Origin: an uncultured Candidatus Saccharibacteria bacterium
Lineage (GTDB): Bacteria > Patescibacteriota > Saccharimonadia > Saccharimonadales > Saccharimonadaceae
DNA: 64,000 bases
Assembly (NCBI GenBank): GCA_963543945.1
Contig: CAUUCN010000001.1
Coordinates: 1,118 to 65,117 of the forward strand
Direction of reading: 5' to 3'
In this document: piece after piece, positions 20,572 to 29,355 of the stretch
How the letters are laid out: each line of letters starts with the position of its first letter
Position numbering within the stretch: the first letter of the stretch is position 1
Made by a program: the position numbers and the translations under genes
Notes under the pieces: model-generated
The model's input: the letters and a program-made list of their open reading frames with translations, nothing else
What the model was told of the DNA's origin: nothing
Databases searched by the model: none

Positions 20572-21141
20572 TCATAGACCTGGATTATGTTTTTTAAGCA
20601 TTTCACGGTGTGCGCGGTAATTTGGGTCATGGCTTTCGACTTCTCGCCAAAAAGCCTTGGAGTGGTCGGGATGATTGATGTGGGCGAGTTCGTGAATGAT
20701 TAAATAATCACGTAGAACTTCGGGTACACGCATTAAGCCAATATTCATAGAAATGGTGAACTCGTAGCCGCCGAACAGGGATTTTTTACGACGAGTGCAG
20801 GAGCCCCATCTGGTAGATTGGTGCTTTAAAGTGACGTGGTCATAATGATAACCATAACGCTTCGCGAGATATTCAAGGCGGTAGGGTAAATACTCTTTGG
20901 CTTGTTTCATAAGTAGCTTTTTCTGGGTGTCTCGAGCACGTTGTGTGGCGGGGTCAGCTAAATTTAGACCACGTAAGCGATCTCGCATGGAATCGAGGCT
21001 TTTTTGAATTTGTCGTTCGGAGACAAAGGATGGGACCGACATTTGTAGTCGGCCAGAGGTGGAACGTGAAAAAGAAATGTTTTTAGCTAAGGCGTTGCGG
21101 CGAACAATAATTTCGCCAAATTCAGAATCGGCGAGAATCAT
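20572..21141 (-). CDS. YgjP-like (DUF45) M48-type zinc metallopeptidase
   Basis: HELAHINHPDHSKAFW (HExxH) near the C-terminus; size and layout typical of the family. Confidence 0.75.
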   Translation of the reverse strand: MILADSEFGEIIVRRNALAKNISFSRSTSGRLQMSVPSFVSERQIQKSLDSMRDRLRGLNLADPATQRARDTQKKLLMKQAKEYLPYRLEYLAKRYGYHYDHVTLKHQSTRWGSCTRRKKSLFGGYEFTISMNIGLMRVPEVLRDYLIIHELAHINHPDHSKAFWREVESHDPNYRAHREMLKKHNPGL

Positions 21142-21625
21142 TTTGAAGTTGAGCTAAGACGTGAGAAAGTTGGGTCTCAAAAGTGTGTTTACCAGAGAGG
21201 ATAATCGGTTTTTCAATCTCGGCTGGAGCTTCCATGAGACGGATACGGCGATCATATTCTTCCTTAGCGCGAGCAATCGAGCGGAGCTTGAGCTTCAAAC
21301 GCATCTTGATGGTATTAATATCGGTTTGAATCCAGACGAGGGTCGGCGCATAACCAGAGAGTTTTAATAGTTTGCGTACGGAATTACGCTCATCCTCGGT
21401 ATCGAGACCACCTTCAATCACGATATTTTGACCGGTTTTAGCAATCGCCTCGAGGACGACGTGAATTTGTTTCTCAGTGAAGTCCGCTTCTTCACGCAAG
21501 GCTCGAAGATCGTAGTAAGGAGCTTTGAAACGTTGTGAGAATTTTTCACAAAATGTAGTTTTTCCACTACATGGCGCACCGAATACCAGGATAGCTCGAG
21601 GTCTTGTTTTCTTTTTACCTTCCAT
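21122..21625 (-). CDS. P-loop NTPase/kinase-like protein
   Basis: VFGAPCSGKTT Walker A; 167 aa; overlaps the downstream gene by 20 nt. Confidence 0.65.
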   Translation of the reverse strand: MEGKKKTRPRAILVFGAPCSGKTTFCEKFSQRFKAPYYDLRALREEADFTEKQIHVVLEAIAKTGQNIVIEGGLDTEDERNSVRKLLKLSGYAPTLVWIQTDINTIKMRLKLKLRSIARAKEEYDRRIRLMEAPAEIEKPIILSGKHTFETQLSHVLAQLQNDSRRF

Positions 21626-21676
21626 ATTGGAGATATTATATCATGGAAGTAATTAGGTGAACAAATAATTTAAAAT

Positions 21677-22459
21677 TTAAAGCTGATTTATGAGCTTTGA
21701 TTTTTTACTGATGCGTTTTAATTCGGAATCGAAGGGGCGGTAATAAGATTTCGTGAGGGCGGAAGAATTGGCGAGGAGAATTTGCGATGGAAAATAAAAG
21801 AGCCAACAAATAAAATTAGCCGGTTGATAAAGAAAAATCGGTAGAAAATGTGTGCGTGAGAAAAAAGAGATTAAGACGGTGAGATCGCAGGCGATAAAAA
21901 GCATAAAACCAATAAAATTACAGATGGCGGCACGACGAAAACGGGGAGTTTTGCGCTTTAACCACTGGACGGCCAGACCGAGATTGAGGATGAGTGAGCT
22001 GCCATAGGCGAAGCCGGCGGCATAAATTGTTGGAATTTGATAAAAATGAGTAAAGATAAATAATAAAATAATAAAAAAGCTCCAAGCGATAAAGAATTTG
22101 GGGCTGACATCAGCGTAGCGTGAGGTGTGAAAATATTGGGCAAAACAGAATAAAATAATGCCAAATGGCGAGATATTATCAATAGCCAGTACGACATCGG
22201 CGGCGAAGGTAAAAAGAAGCGCGGCTTTTAAGAGGTAGTCTTTTGGCGCGAAGAAACTAGTGTAGATTAAACAGGTGAGAATAGTGGAGACTTTAACGAA
22301 AGTCGCAAGGGTGAGAAGAAAATCTGGGACGAGGTGACCAAAAATCAAATTTAAAAGGCCGACGAGGAAGAAATAGGCGAACATAATCGACCAAAGTGTC
22401 AGCCAAAAATTGAGGTTAGTGAGAAGTTTGAACCAGAAATTTTGAATCTGAGTTTTCAT
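21677..22459 (-). CDS. Polytopic membrane protein (possibly YhhN/lysoplasmalogenase-like)
   Basis: 260 aa with ~8 hydrophobic segments; family assignment tentative. Confidence 0.6.
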   Translation of the reverse strand: MKTQIQNFWFKLLTNLNFWLTLWSIMFAYFFLVGLLNLIFGHLVPDFLLTLATFVKVSTILTCLIYTSFFAPKDYLLKAALLFTFAADVVLAIDNISPFGIILFCFAQYFHTSRYADVSPKFFIAWSFFIILLFIFTHFYQIPTIYAAGFAYGSSLILNLGLAVQWLKRKTPRFRRAAICNFIGFMLFIACDLTVLISFFSRTHFLPIFLYQPANFICWLFYFPSQILLANSSALTKSYYRPFDSELKRISKKSKLINQL

Positions 22460-22550
22460 GATTGGTTAAATTAAGTATAACCGATTTGAGATAAAAGTTT
22501 AAGTGTTAGAGAAATATAATTGATTTAGAGATTTAAGTGCTAGAGAAATA

Positions 22551-22559
22551 TGTTATAAT
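22551..22559 (+). promoter_or_regulatory. Extended -10 promoter (TGtTATAAT) for tRNA-Trp
   Basis: 11 nt upstream of the tRNA 5' end; preceded by a duplicated tttaagtg(t/c)tagagaaatat segment. Confidence 0.55.
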
Positions 22560-22569
22560 AAAAAAGCCT

Positions 22570-22644
22570 AGGGGCGTAGTACAATGGTTAGTATAGCGGT
22601 CTCCAAAACCGTAGATCATGGTTCGATTCCGTGCGCCCCTGCCA
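22570..22644 (+). tRNA. trnW: tRNA-Trp (anticodon CCA)
   Basis: Hand-folded cloverleaf: acceptor AGGGGCG/CGCCCCT, anticodon loop CTCCAAA, T-loop TTCGATT, encoded 3' CCA. Confidence 0.9.
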
Positions 22645-22647
22645 GAT

Positions 22648-22670
22648 TAGCTCGAGGGAGCTATTTTTTT
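22648..22670 (+). terminator. Intrinsic terminator after tRNA-Trp
   Basis: TAGCTC-gagg-GAGCTA followed by TTTTTTT. Confidence 0.75.
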
Positions 22671-22689
22671 ATGGCAAATTTTTGGCACA

Positions 22690-22719
22690 GAAAAAATCTC
22701 CCATAAGGAGAGGGAGATT
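22690..22719 (-). terminator. Intrinsic terminator after rpmG
   Basis: ATCTCCC/GGGAGAT stem followed by a T-run on the minus strand. Confidence 0.7.
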
Positions 22720-22929
22720 TTAGCGCTTCTTCTCTTTCACTTCGTTACGGCCAAGGTTTTTCTTGGTTTCGGTGAAAACGACGTGCTTGCGAAGAATTGG
22801 ATCGTATTTCTTCAAGCTAAGCTTGTCTGGGGTGTTCATAGTGTTCTTCTTGGTATAGTATGCACGGATACCAGATTCCTCTGAAACGAGACCGACGAGC
22901 TTGCGTTTGGTATTACTCTTTTTTGACAT
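22720..22929 (-). CDS. rpmG: 50S ribosomal protein L33 (Cys-less type) with Lys-rich C-terminal tail
   Basis: Start at ATG 22929 ([10 protein letters not shown]...); [29 protein letters not shown] matches the L33 core. Confidence 0.85.
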   Translation of the reverse strand: MSKKSNTKRKLVGLVSEESGIRAYYTKKNTMNTPDKLSLKKYDPILRKHVVFTETKKNLGRNEVKEKKR

Positions 22930-22976
22930 GATTGGGACTATTTTACCATAAGATATGAAATCTGTAAATAAATGCA

Positions 22977-23255
22977 CTAAAAATCGGGATAGATTTCCTC
23001 GAAATCAATATAGGTATCAGTTTTTTGTTCGACGAGTTCTTCGACGGCCTGAATATTGGCCTCGTGGGGCTCGAGCGCCTTAAAAGGCATAAACTGGGCA
23101 GCCCGGGCAGTGCGAGACATCGGTGGATGATTCGGTAGGTGTGGTGGCTGGAAATTAATGATGTCTTGATATGGGCCAGCCGATTCAGAATCTAACCGTG
23201 AAGGTTTAGATAGATTTGGTTGAGAGGCTCTAATTTGCTGGTTAGATTTAGGCAC
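22977..23255 (-). CDS. YolD-like small protein (partner of Y-family polymerase)
   Basis: GTG 23255 with GGAGGT 4 nt upstream, overlapping the polymerase stop (GTGCCTAA); C-terminal [10 protein letters not shown] motif. Confidence 0.5.
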   Translation of the reverse strand: MPKSNQQIRASQPNLSKPSRLDSESAGPYQDIINFQPPHLPNHPPMSRTARAAQFMPFKALEPHEANIQAVEELVEQKTDTYIDFEEIYPDF

Positions 23256-24576
23256 GGTGACCTCCAATCTGTTGATTACGTTCGCGCATGGTGGAACCTT
23301 CGAGGTAGCTAGTGCCGCGCAGAATGGCGTTTTTACCATATTTTTGCTTGATGAGTAGAGTGGCTTGTTCGAGATTTTGATTACGCTTAGCGCGTGTGGC
23401 GATTTTTGGGCTTTCGAAGAGGTCTAATTGCGTGGTTACCTTCTCGGCAGATTTGAGGTGACCGAGGGTGAGATTAAGCTTCTTGACTGGGCGGGTCGAG
23501 TCGAGAATTTGGGTGAAGATTTGTAAAAAATATTCAATAATCAGATTGCTTTCGTCGGTGTATGAAAAAGATTTGGAACCGTGAGCGAAAGGTTTAATAG
23601 GGGTAGAATCGGCCTTTTTATCGTAAGAGAGATGCAGGGTGAGGTTATTAGTCAGTAACTGTTTTTCATGAAGTTCATGACAGAGTTTGTCGGCCATTTC
23701 GATAAGAATATTGCGAAGTTTTTCAAAATAGAGCCCAGTGGCCAGGACTTGGCCAGAACTAATACTGTGATCCTTGCGGCGATAAGATTTAATATCGGCG
23801 ATGGTGGTGGGTTCGATTCCCCAAGCGTGGTCGATAATTAGTTCAGCATTCATGCCGAATTTACGATAAAGTTTTTCAGAGGCGGTGAGGCTAAAGCGCG
23901 CGAGGTCGCCCATAGTATAAATGCCAAAATTGTGAAGAGATTTACTAATCCCGGGACCAATCCGCCAAAAATCGGTGAGAGGCTGGTGTCGCCAGAGTAA
24001 TTTGCGATAAGAGGGCTCATCAAGAGTTGCAATACGCACCCCGTCGAGGTCGGCCGTTTGGTGTTTGGCGAGAATGTCCATGGCAATTTTAGCTAGATAA
24101 AGATTACTACCGAGCCCAGCGGTGGCGGTAATCCCGGTATGGCCCAGAACATCCTTAATGATAGTGCGCGCGAGTTGTTCGGCATCCATCTCATAGGCGC
24201 GAAGATAGCTAGTAATATCAAGAAAAGCCTCATCGACCGAGTAGACATGAATATCTTCCGTGGCGACATAGGCGGCATAAATAGCAAAAATTTCGGAACT
24301 AACTTGAAGATAATCCGCCATGGCAGGTTCGGCAATAATAAAGCTACCACGAGGAACTTTTTCATAAACTTCAAAAAGCCGAGCGCGACCAGATACGCCG
24401 AGGGCTTTTAAGGCTGGTGAAACAGCGAGGCAAATGGTTTTCTCGGTGCGCGATTCGTCGGCGACCACGAGACGAGCGGTCAAGGGGTCGAGTCCACGCT
24501 TGACGCATTCGACAGAAGCGTAAAAAGATTTGAGATCAATCGCCAGATAAGTTCGCTTGGAATTTGCTTGCTCCAT
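23248..24576 (-). CDS. Y-family (DinB/UmuC-like) translesion DNA polymerase
   Basis: YLAIDLKSFYASVE N-terminus, SVDEAFLDIT, and the little-finger region; TATAAT-7 nt-ATG start. Confidence 0.88.
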   Translation of the reverse strand: MEQANSKRTYLAIDLKSFYASVECVKRGLDPLTARLVVADESRTEKTICLAVSPALKALGVSGRARLFEVYEKVPRGSFIIAEPAMADYLQVSSEIFAIYAAYVATEDIHVYSVDEAFLDITSYLRAYEMDAEQLARTIIKDVLGHTGITATAGLGSNLYLAKIAMDILAKHQTADLDGVRIATLDEPSYRKLLWRHQPLTDFWRIGPGISKSLHNFGIYTMGDLARFSLTASEKLYRKFGMNAELIIDHAWGIEPTTIADIKSYRRKDHSISSGQVLATGLYFEKLRNILIEMADKLCHELHEKQLLTNNLTLHLSYDKKADSTPIKPFAHGSKSFSYTDESNLIIEYFLQIFTQILDSTRPVKKLNLTLGHLKSAEKVTTQLDLFESPKIATRAKRNQNLEQATLLIKQKYGKNAILRGTSYLEGSTMRERNQQIGGHRA

Positions 24577-24600
24577 GCTATTTATTATATAAAAAGGCCA

Positions 24601-24627
24601 GAAAAAAGGGCCCCATAACGGGACCCA
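24601..24627 (-). terminator. Intrinsic terminator closing the 26160..24667 operon
   Basis: GGGTCCC...GGGGCCC hairpin plus TTTTTT on the minus strand. Confidence 0.65.
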
Positions 24628-24666
24628 TTTTTGACATTTGTGGGGTTAAAGTGCGTGTAATTTAAT

Positions 24667-25269
24667 TTAAGTTGAAGTTTCGACTGCGGTTTCCGAGAAT
24701 GGCACCGAATCTTTGAGTTTAGTATTTCTCTCTTTGAAGTAATGTTTTACAAATGGAATCAGATGATCCTTCATAAGCTTGAAGTGTAATTCGTGATCAG
24801 CTTCCGTATATTGCGTAAAGTTCATCCGAAATAGCCGGTCAGCATCTTCATATTCCTCCTGAGTAAGAAATTTCTGCTCTAAGGCTAATTTAAAACCATA
24901 TGAACTAAAATATTCTCTACTGATAGATACTTTTTGGTCAAGATTATAGTCGCGTCTAAAATGTATGAGACGACTAAGCAAAGCGGCTTGGTGTTTGAAA
25001 TCCTTATTGCCGAGCTTAGTTAATCCAGTCAGACTAAAGGGGCCGAGCAGGATTTTGGTATGAAGATTGCGAATCGTGCAGCCAGTATGACTGCGGACGC
25101 GTTTACTAAAACTAATCAAATCCTTGTCTGGGTGATACTCCATCTTGATGACCTCCCATTCCTGGATGGCTTCATCGTAAGTATCAGCAACAGATGAAGC
25201 AATGAGACAGCGCTGATATTCCGCAAAAGCCTCATCAAACGGCATCTTCTTAATACGATGGATAAACAT
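24667..25269 (-). CDS. Hypothetical protein (second gene of the A1 operon)
   Basis: 200-aa ORF, 3 nt downstream of 25273..26160; no family recognised. Confidence 0.6.
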   Translation of the reverse strand: MFIHRIKKMPFDEAFAEYQRCLIASSVADTYDEAIQEWEVIKMEYHPDKDLISFSKRVRSHTGCTIRNLHTKILLGPFSLTGLTKLGNKDFKHQAALLSRLIHFRRDYNLDQKVSISREYFSSYGFKLALEQKFLTQEEYEDADRLFRMNFTQYTEADHELHFKLMKDHLIPFVKHYFKERNTKLKDSVPFSETAVETST

Positions 25270-25272
25270 TAA

Positions 25273-26160
25273 TTACATCACCTCCTTCATCGGACTTTTG
25301 TAATACTGGTGAACGAAATCAGACAGGTTTTTGAATTCGTAAGTCTTAGATGCTGATTCAAAGGCGGGCGTTAACTCTATAAAATTGGTAATCATGTAGA
25401 GTTGCTCGTCAAAATCAGGTGTTCGAAATACTTCTTTTGGTAGTACCTGTATAATAGAATCAAGTGGTGGCAGTTGATAATGCTCATCTTCTCGCATAGC
25501 GCGCAAAGCTTTATTGATCATCTCGTGTACTTCACTTGATCGAATTTCGAGTGCCCGGGCAATTTGATTAATTTTCCAGGGTTCATGAATGTCGATACCA
25601 AAAAATAGATCAAGACAATTGAAAAAATCTTCTGGGAAGCGTTTTAAAACTTCCATGACGCGATTGACTTCACGGTCAGAAAGTACGACAAAGTTTTCGT
25701 AAGCTTGATTACTACTGAACAAGGCATCTTTACTGCAGATTAGCTGGCTGGCTTCTGATAGATCATGATAAACCATCTGATAGAGCTTATGCACCGCAAA
25801 GGTGTCTTGAGTATTGGCTGGAGTGAGGCCTTTACGAATGTATCCCTCATCTAGCAAGACCTGCCAGAAACTGCGACGCCATTTAGCATGTTTTTTGCTA
25901 GGAGAAAGTTCATTATAAAAAACCTCTCTAGCCTGTAAAACTAAGACTTCACCAGGTATTTTGGCTTCTTCGTGTGCACGAATTACGTGGCTTAAAAGAC
26001 AATTTTCGTAACTCACGGTGGTGATGCCATATTCGCAGCCGGGTTGATCACGAGACTGACATTCGTCAGCCCAGTGAATGGTGTAGCGGCCAAGCTCTGG
26101 TAAAAGCTCGGCTAGATTACTCTGATTTACTTGCTTACAAACTTGTTCACTAATTAGCAT
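25273..26160 (-). CDS. Family A1: protein with sigma70 region-4-like HTH
   Basis: VLSDREVNRVMEVL...LFFGIDIHEPWKINQIARALEIRSSEVHEMINKALRAMRE resembles sigma70 region 4; EGYIRKG block shared with A3 and A4. Confidence 0.65.
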   Translation of the reverse strand: MLISEQVCKQVNQSNLAELLPELGRYTIHWADECQSRDQPGCEYGITTVSYENCLLSHVIRAHEEAKIPGEVLVLQAREVFYNELSPSKKHAKWRRSFWQVLLDEGYIRKGLTPANTQDTFAVHKLYQMVYHDLSEASQLICSKDALFSSNQAYENFVVLSDREVNRVMEVLKRFPEDFFNCLDLFFGIDIHEPWKINQIARALEIRSSEVHEMINKALRAMREDEHYQLPPLDSIIQVLPKEVFRTPDFDEQLYMITNFIELTPAFESASKTYEFKNLSDFVHQYYKSPMKEVM

Positions 26161-26255
26161 AAAAAATCCCCCTCTTTTTTAAGTTTTCAGTTACCCACAA
26201 ATTGTCAAAAAACGATTTAATTCAGAGAAATCAAAAAATGAACTAAATCTATATA

Positions 26256-26284
26256 ATTCTACCATAAAAAGTATAAAATGTCAA
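26256..26284 (-). promoter_or_regulatory. Sigma70-type promoter TTGACA-17-TAGAAT (TGg extended) for the A1 operon
   Basis: Minus-strand read: TTGACAttttatactttttatggTAGAAT. Confidence 0.65.
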
Positions 26285-26329
26285 AAAAGGTATGGACAAA
26301 TAATATGAGTTATGTTATTATAATGCCAG

Positions 26330-26764
26330 CGCTAGACGAGCTCTTTTATAAACAGGAATGGGAACTTAACCAAGGTTAAGGACGCCTCGCAAGCTGAATT
26401 AACCCAAATACTTATTTTAGCGTCAAGTCACACACTTTGGAGAAGAAGTACATACACTTCGACCTGAAAGACAGATCGAAACGCTAGTAGGCGGAAGCCT
26501 GTGTGAACTCACAGATTTTCGTTGAGAGATTAAGTAGATCTGCTCTAGATGGCACGTCGTTGGTCGAGTGTTTTGAGCTACGTAGCGCAAAAAATAACCG
26601 TATAATAGTTTTTGCCTAAAAAGTAACCCGTTCCCATTCCCTGTTTGCTCTACACCTTACCGTACAGGTAGTACGGAGCCCACCGCTCGCTTAGTAGCGG
26701 AACGTAACTTACCTTCTTGATCACTTCTATGGTCAAGGCTCCCGGCATTGTCGGGAGTTTTTTA
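26330..26764 (+). ncRNA. Candidate novel structured RNA (~435 nt), class unknown
   Basis: Sits in a 700-nt stretch with no ORF of 60 aa or more. TATAAT at 26319-26324 and terminator CTCCCG..CGGGAG plus T7 at 26739-26764. Long-range complements 26350-26365/26630-26646 and 26329-26343/26575-26588, plus at least six local hairpins including a GGAA tetraloop. Confidence 0.55.
26739..26764 (+). terminator. Intrinsic terminator ending the candidate RNA
   Basis: CTCCCG-gcattgt-CGGGAG followed by TTTTTTT. Confidence 0.75.
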
Positions 26765-26891
26765 TTGGCGAGAAATAACGCTTGAGGATGTAAAAATAAC
26801 AGGGGTGTGATAGAATGAGGCTAGAAAGTTAGCTTTGGTTAAAGTACATTGAAAATTAGTGCTTAGATTTATCTCATTGGGGGGTGAAAAA

Positions 26892-27734
26892 ATGAAAGAT
26901 AATGATAAAAATAAGAGAAAAGAATTAGCGGCGAAACAGAAGTTTCATGAAGATATGGTGCTGGGATCGAAATTTATCCAGAACTGGTATTTGTTCCCGA
27001 CAGTGCCAGCGGATGGGGTGGAGTATGCGTATGACGAATTTTTAAGGAGCGTTGCCTTATTTTTACATAGAAGGACCATGGCTTTAGAAATTCAGGATTT
27101 AGGAATTTCCCTATTTGGCGCATCGCGTTACCCATGTTTTGATAATATCTTAGAGCTTGGGCAGCCGGGTTTTTACGGAGTGATTGATAATGTGGCGCGA
27201 ATCGAGAAGCTCACTATAGAAGAGAACAAAGCTTTTGTTGGTAAAATGCGGAAACAGCATCCTATCTATAAAGTAAAAAAATCGGAGCTGGTCTATAAAA
27301 TCGCGGCAGCTAGCGGTGAATTTTATGTAGGTTTGAGCGCCGTAAATCCATCATTTGCTCTGTTATTGAATAAAAAAATTGAGCAAAATAAGAAAGCCAA
27401 CTCAGTCTTAGATAACCTAAATTTAAATCGCATGATACTGGAACGAGAAATCTTTTCAGCGATGAACTTCATGGATCACTATGGTGATATGCGGGGATAT
27501 TATGATGGGGGTGAGGATGATTTTTTCGAGGACGACGAGGATCTCGAGAGGCCCGATGGTGAAGTGAAAGATAAACCAGATAATTTGGGCAGATCTAATA
27601 TTGACGGTCAGAAGCCGACGACATTGGAGATGGATGACTCGAAAAAGAAAGATATCAATCCAGATGGCTCTAAGAAAAATGATAAGCCAAAAGGCAAACC
27701 TAAGGATGGTAAAAAGCGAAAAAAGAAACCATAA
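26892..27734 (+). CDS. Family C1 hypothetical protein with acidic then Lys-rich C-terminal tail
   Basis: Start at ATG 26892 (GGGGGTGA Shine-Dalgarno); IEKL...SELVYKIAAASGEFYVGLSAVNPSF aligns with 27864..28391. Confidence 0.65.
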   Translation: MKDNDKNKRKELAAKQKFHEDMVLGSKFIQNWYLFPTVPADGVEYAYDEFLRSVALFLHRRTMALEIQDLGISLFGASRYPCFDNILELGQPGFYGVIDNVARIEKLTIEENKAFVGKMRKQHPIYKVKKSELVYKIAAASGEFYVGLSAVNPSFALLLNKKIEQNKKANSVLDNLNLNRMILEREIFSAMNFMDHYGDMRGYYDGGEDDFFEDDEDLERPDGEVKDKPDNLGRSNIDGQKPTTLEMDDSKKKDINPDGSKKNDKPKGKPKDGKKRKKKP

Positions 27735-27863
27735 TCTAAGCATTAATGAGAATCCCAGCTTCAACGGCTGGGATTTTTTCATTAAATGTGGTATAATATA
27801 AAGGTTAAGTTTTAAAGTACATTTAGTTTTAGTCGATGACACACGACAGAAAGGTGGGGATAT

Positions 27864-28391
27864 ATGTCGAAAAGACGCGAACGTGAGAAGGCTCAAGAAC
27901 TTCGTGCTGCAGCAAATTTGCGAATTCGCCGGGATTATTCCCTGGTGAGTCGGTGGAGTTTTGAATTTATGGAACCTCATACGGCGATAGATCAGTTTGC
28001 CTTGCTTAAGATGTTCAATGCATTTTACTACGGACATCTGCCGAAATTCGATTTTGAGGAAGAAATTCGCTTGCGCGGAATAAAATCCGATGATGTAAGA
28101 ATTCGCTTGCGTGGAATAGATTCCGATGATGCAAGGAGGCCGAGTGAAATCTTAAATATTCAGTCGATTGAGAAGCTTGATTTGCCGCTTATGAGCAAAG
28201 AGGAGCTGCTGAATATTTTCCGACCGGAAAACTGGAAGGAGATGCAAGAAACTATCGGTGATAGTGAGATTTATCTGGTAACCTCGAAAATGGATAAGTA
28301 TTATCTGATTTCGACGGACGCCAAGCCGATTTTTAAAGATCGGCTGGACCAAATTCATCAAGGCGCCACACTCGCCACATTGGACGAGTAA
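27864..28391 (+). CDS. Family C2 hypothetical protein
   Basis: AGGTGGGGA Shine-Dalgarno; IEKL...SEIYLVTSKMDKYYLISTDAKPIF aligns with C1; contains an in-frame 36-nt duplication. Confidence 0.65.
   Translation: MSKRREREKAQELRAAANLRIRRDYSLVSRWSFEFMEPHTAIDQFALLKMFNAFYYGHLPKFDFEEEIRLRGIKSDDVRIRLRGIDSDDARRPSEILNIQSIEKLDLPLMSKEELLNIFRPENWKEMQETIGDSEIYLVTSKMDKYYLISTDAKPIFKDRLDQIHQGATLATLDE
28065..28136. repeat. In-frame 36-nt tandem duplication (IRLRGI.SDD. x2)
   Basis: attcgcttgcgcggaataaaatccgatgatgtaaga / attcgcttgcgtggaatagattccgatgatgcaagg. Confidence 0.9.
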
Positions 28392-28520
28392 ATATATATA
28401 CTGGCGTAAACGTTGTGGGTGTAGAGTAGCTTGGGTAGGTGACCCGTCTGGCGCTAGATAGAGCGACCGGGGTGACCCGTATCTAGTGTCAGCGAGTCAT
28501 CGTCTAAGTTTTTTCTACGA

Positions 28521-28551
28521 AGAGTTCCTAAAGGATGAGGGGCTCTTTTTT
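28521..28551 (+). terminator. Intrinsic terminator of the C1-C2 transcript
   Basis: AGAGTTCCT/AGGGGCTCT stem (two G-U pairs) followed by TTTTTT. Confidence 0.6.
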
Positions 28552-28567
28552 ATTCTAAATTTGGCAC

Positions 28568-28597
28568 TAAAAAGCCCCTAGATAGGGGCTAGATTTT
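28568..28597. terminator. Bidirectional hairpin terminator
   Basis: AGCCCCTA/TAGGGGCT perfect arms flanked by an A-run and a T-run; overlaps the A2 stop codon. Confidence 0.6.
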
Positions 28598-29257
28598 CGT
28601 TAGATAAGGTTGGATTTTTTTGAGCGCGGACTTGAGGTGGCGATCAGTCTGAGTGAGAAGTAAACCTTCATTGACTGCGGTTTCACGCAAATTATGAATG
28701 TTATCACCTTGCAAGCCGAAGCTAAAATTGACGACGCGATACTCACGTTTGGTCAACTCACGCTGTAAAACCCGCTGAATGTTTTCGAGGTGCTTGAGTT
28801 CTTTCTGACTTCTCTCGAGATCAATACAAATATCTTCCTCATAGAGCTGATTCCAGTCGTGGACGGTGAGAATTTTGGCGCGATCGGTGAGTTGATAATT
28901 ATGAGCCTTTCTGGTGATTCTGGGGTCACGATATTCCAAAATTAAAGGTTCATAGTCGTCGCCGTAAACCGTACGATAGAGATAATACATGCCGATGATT
29001 CTGGAATCGATGTTTCGACAAATTAAGTGATTGTATTCAAAAATTTCCATACAGATCTTGAGCGAATGCGGAATGTTCCGAATGACTCCGGGATGATATT
29101 GCTCCATGTAATAGAGGTAGCGGCAATCCCAGATCAAATGCTCTACGGTTTCATAATTGCGTTCGACATAATTTTTAACATTACCATCAACTAGATGATA
29201 ATAGCCGAGCTGGCTTAAACTGTCGACTTTCCAAGCTTTACTAACTTCATTTTTCAT
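28589..29257 (-). CDS. Family A2: HhH (alpha-CTD-like) plus sigma70 region-4-like protein
   Basis: N-terminal LSQLGYYHLVDGNVKNYVERNYETVEHLIW; C-terminal REYRVVNFSFGLQGDNIHNLRETAVNEGLLLTQTDRHLKSALKKIQ; GGAGGGG Shine-Dalgarno. Confidence 0.7.
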   Translation of the reverse strand: MKNEVSKAWKVDSLSQLGYYHLVDGNVKNYVERNYETVEHLIWDCRYLYYMEQYHPGVIRNIPHSLKICMEIFEYNHLICRNIDSRIIGMYYLYRTVYGDDYEPLILEYRDPRITRKAHNYQLTDRAKILTVHDWNQLYEEDICIDLERSQKELKHLENIQRVLQRELTKREYRVVNFSFGLQGDNIHNLRETAVNEGLLLTQTDRHLKSALKKIQPYLTKI

Positions 29258-29318
29258 TGTCCCCTCCTAAAAAATGTGATGTGAATTAAAGGTACGATAC
29301 GGCGAGGCCGATAAAATA

Positions 29319-29346
29319 ATTATAAACTAAATAATGAGTTTGTCAA
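29319..29346 (-). promoter_or_regulatory. Sigma70-type promoter TTGACA-16-TATAAT for A2
   Basis: Its -35 box is one arm of the inverted repeat TTTGTCAAT-n7-ATTGACAAA shared with the divergent promoter. Confidence 0.6.
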
Positions 29347-29355
29347 TGTTTTAGA

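Noticed and set aside
26290-26770. Possibility that the large ORF-free unit is RNase P RNA, tmRNA, 6S, SRP RNA or a group II intron domain
   Set aside because: I could not find the GGAAAGUCC/ACAGAAA RNase P cores, a tRNA-like 3' end with a tag ORF, or a 34-nt domain-V hairpin with an AGC triad. The CCGTAC/GTACGG hairpin is too short. This rejection is from memory only, and an Rfam scan is still needed.
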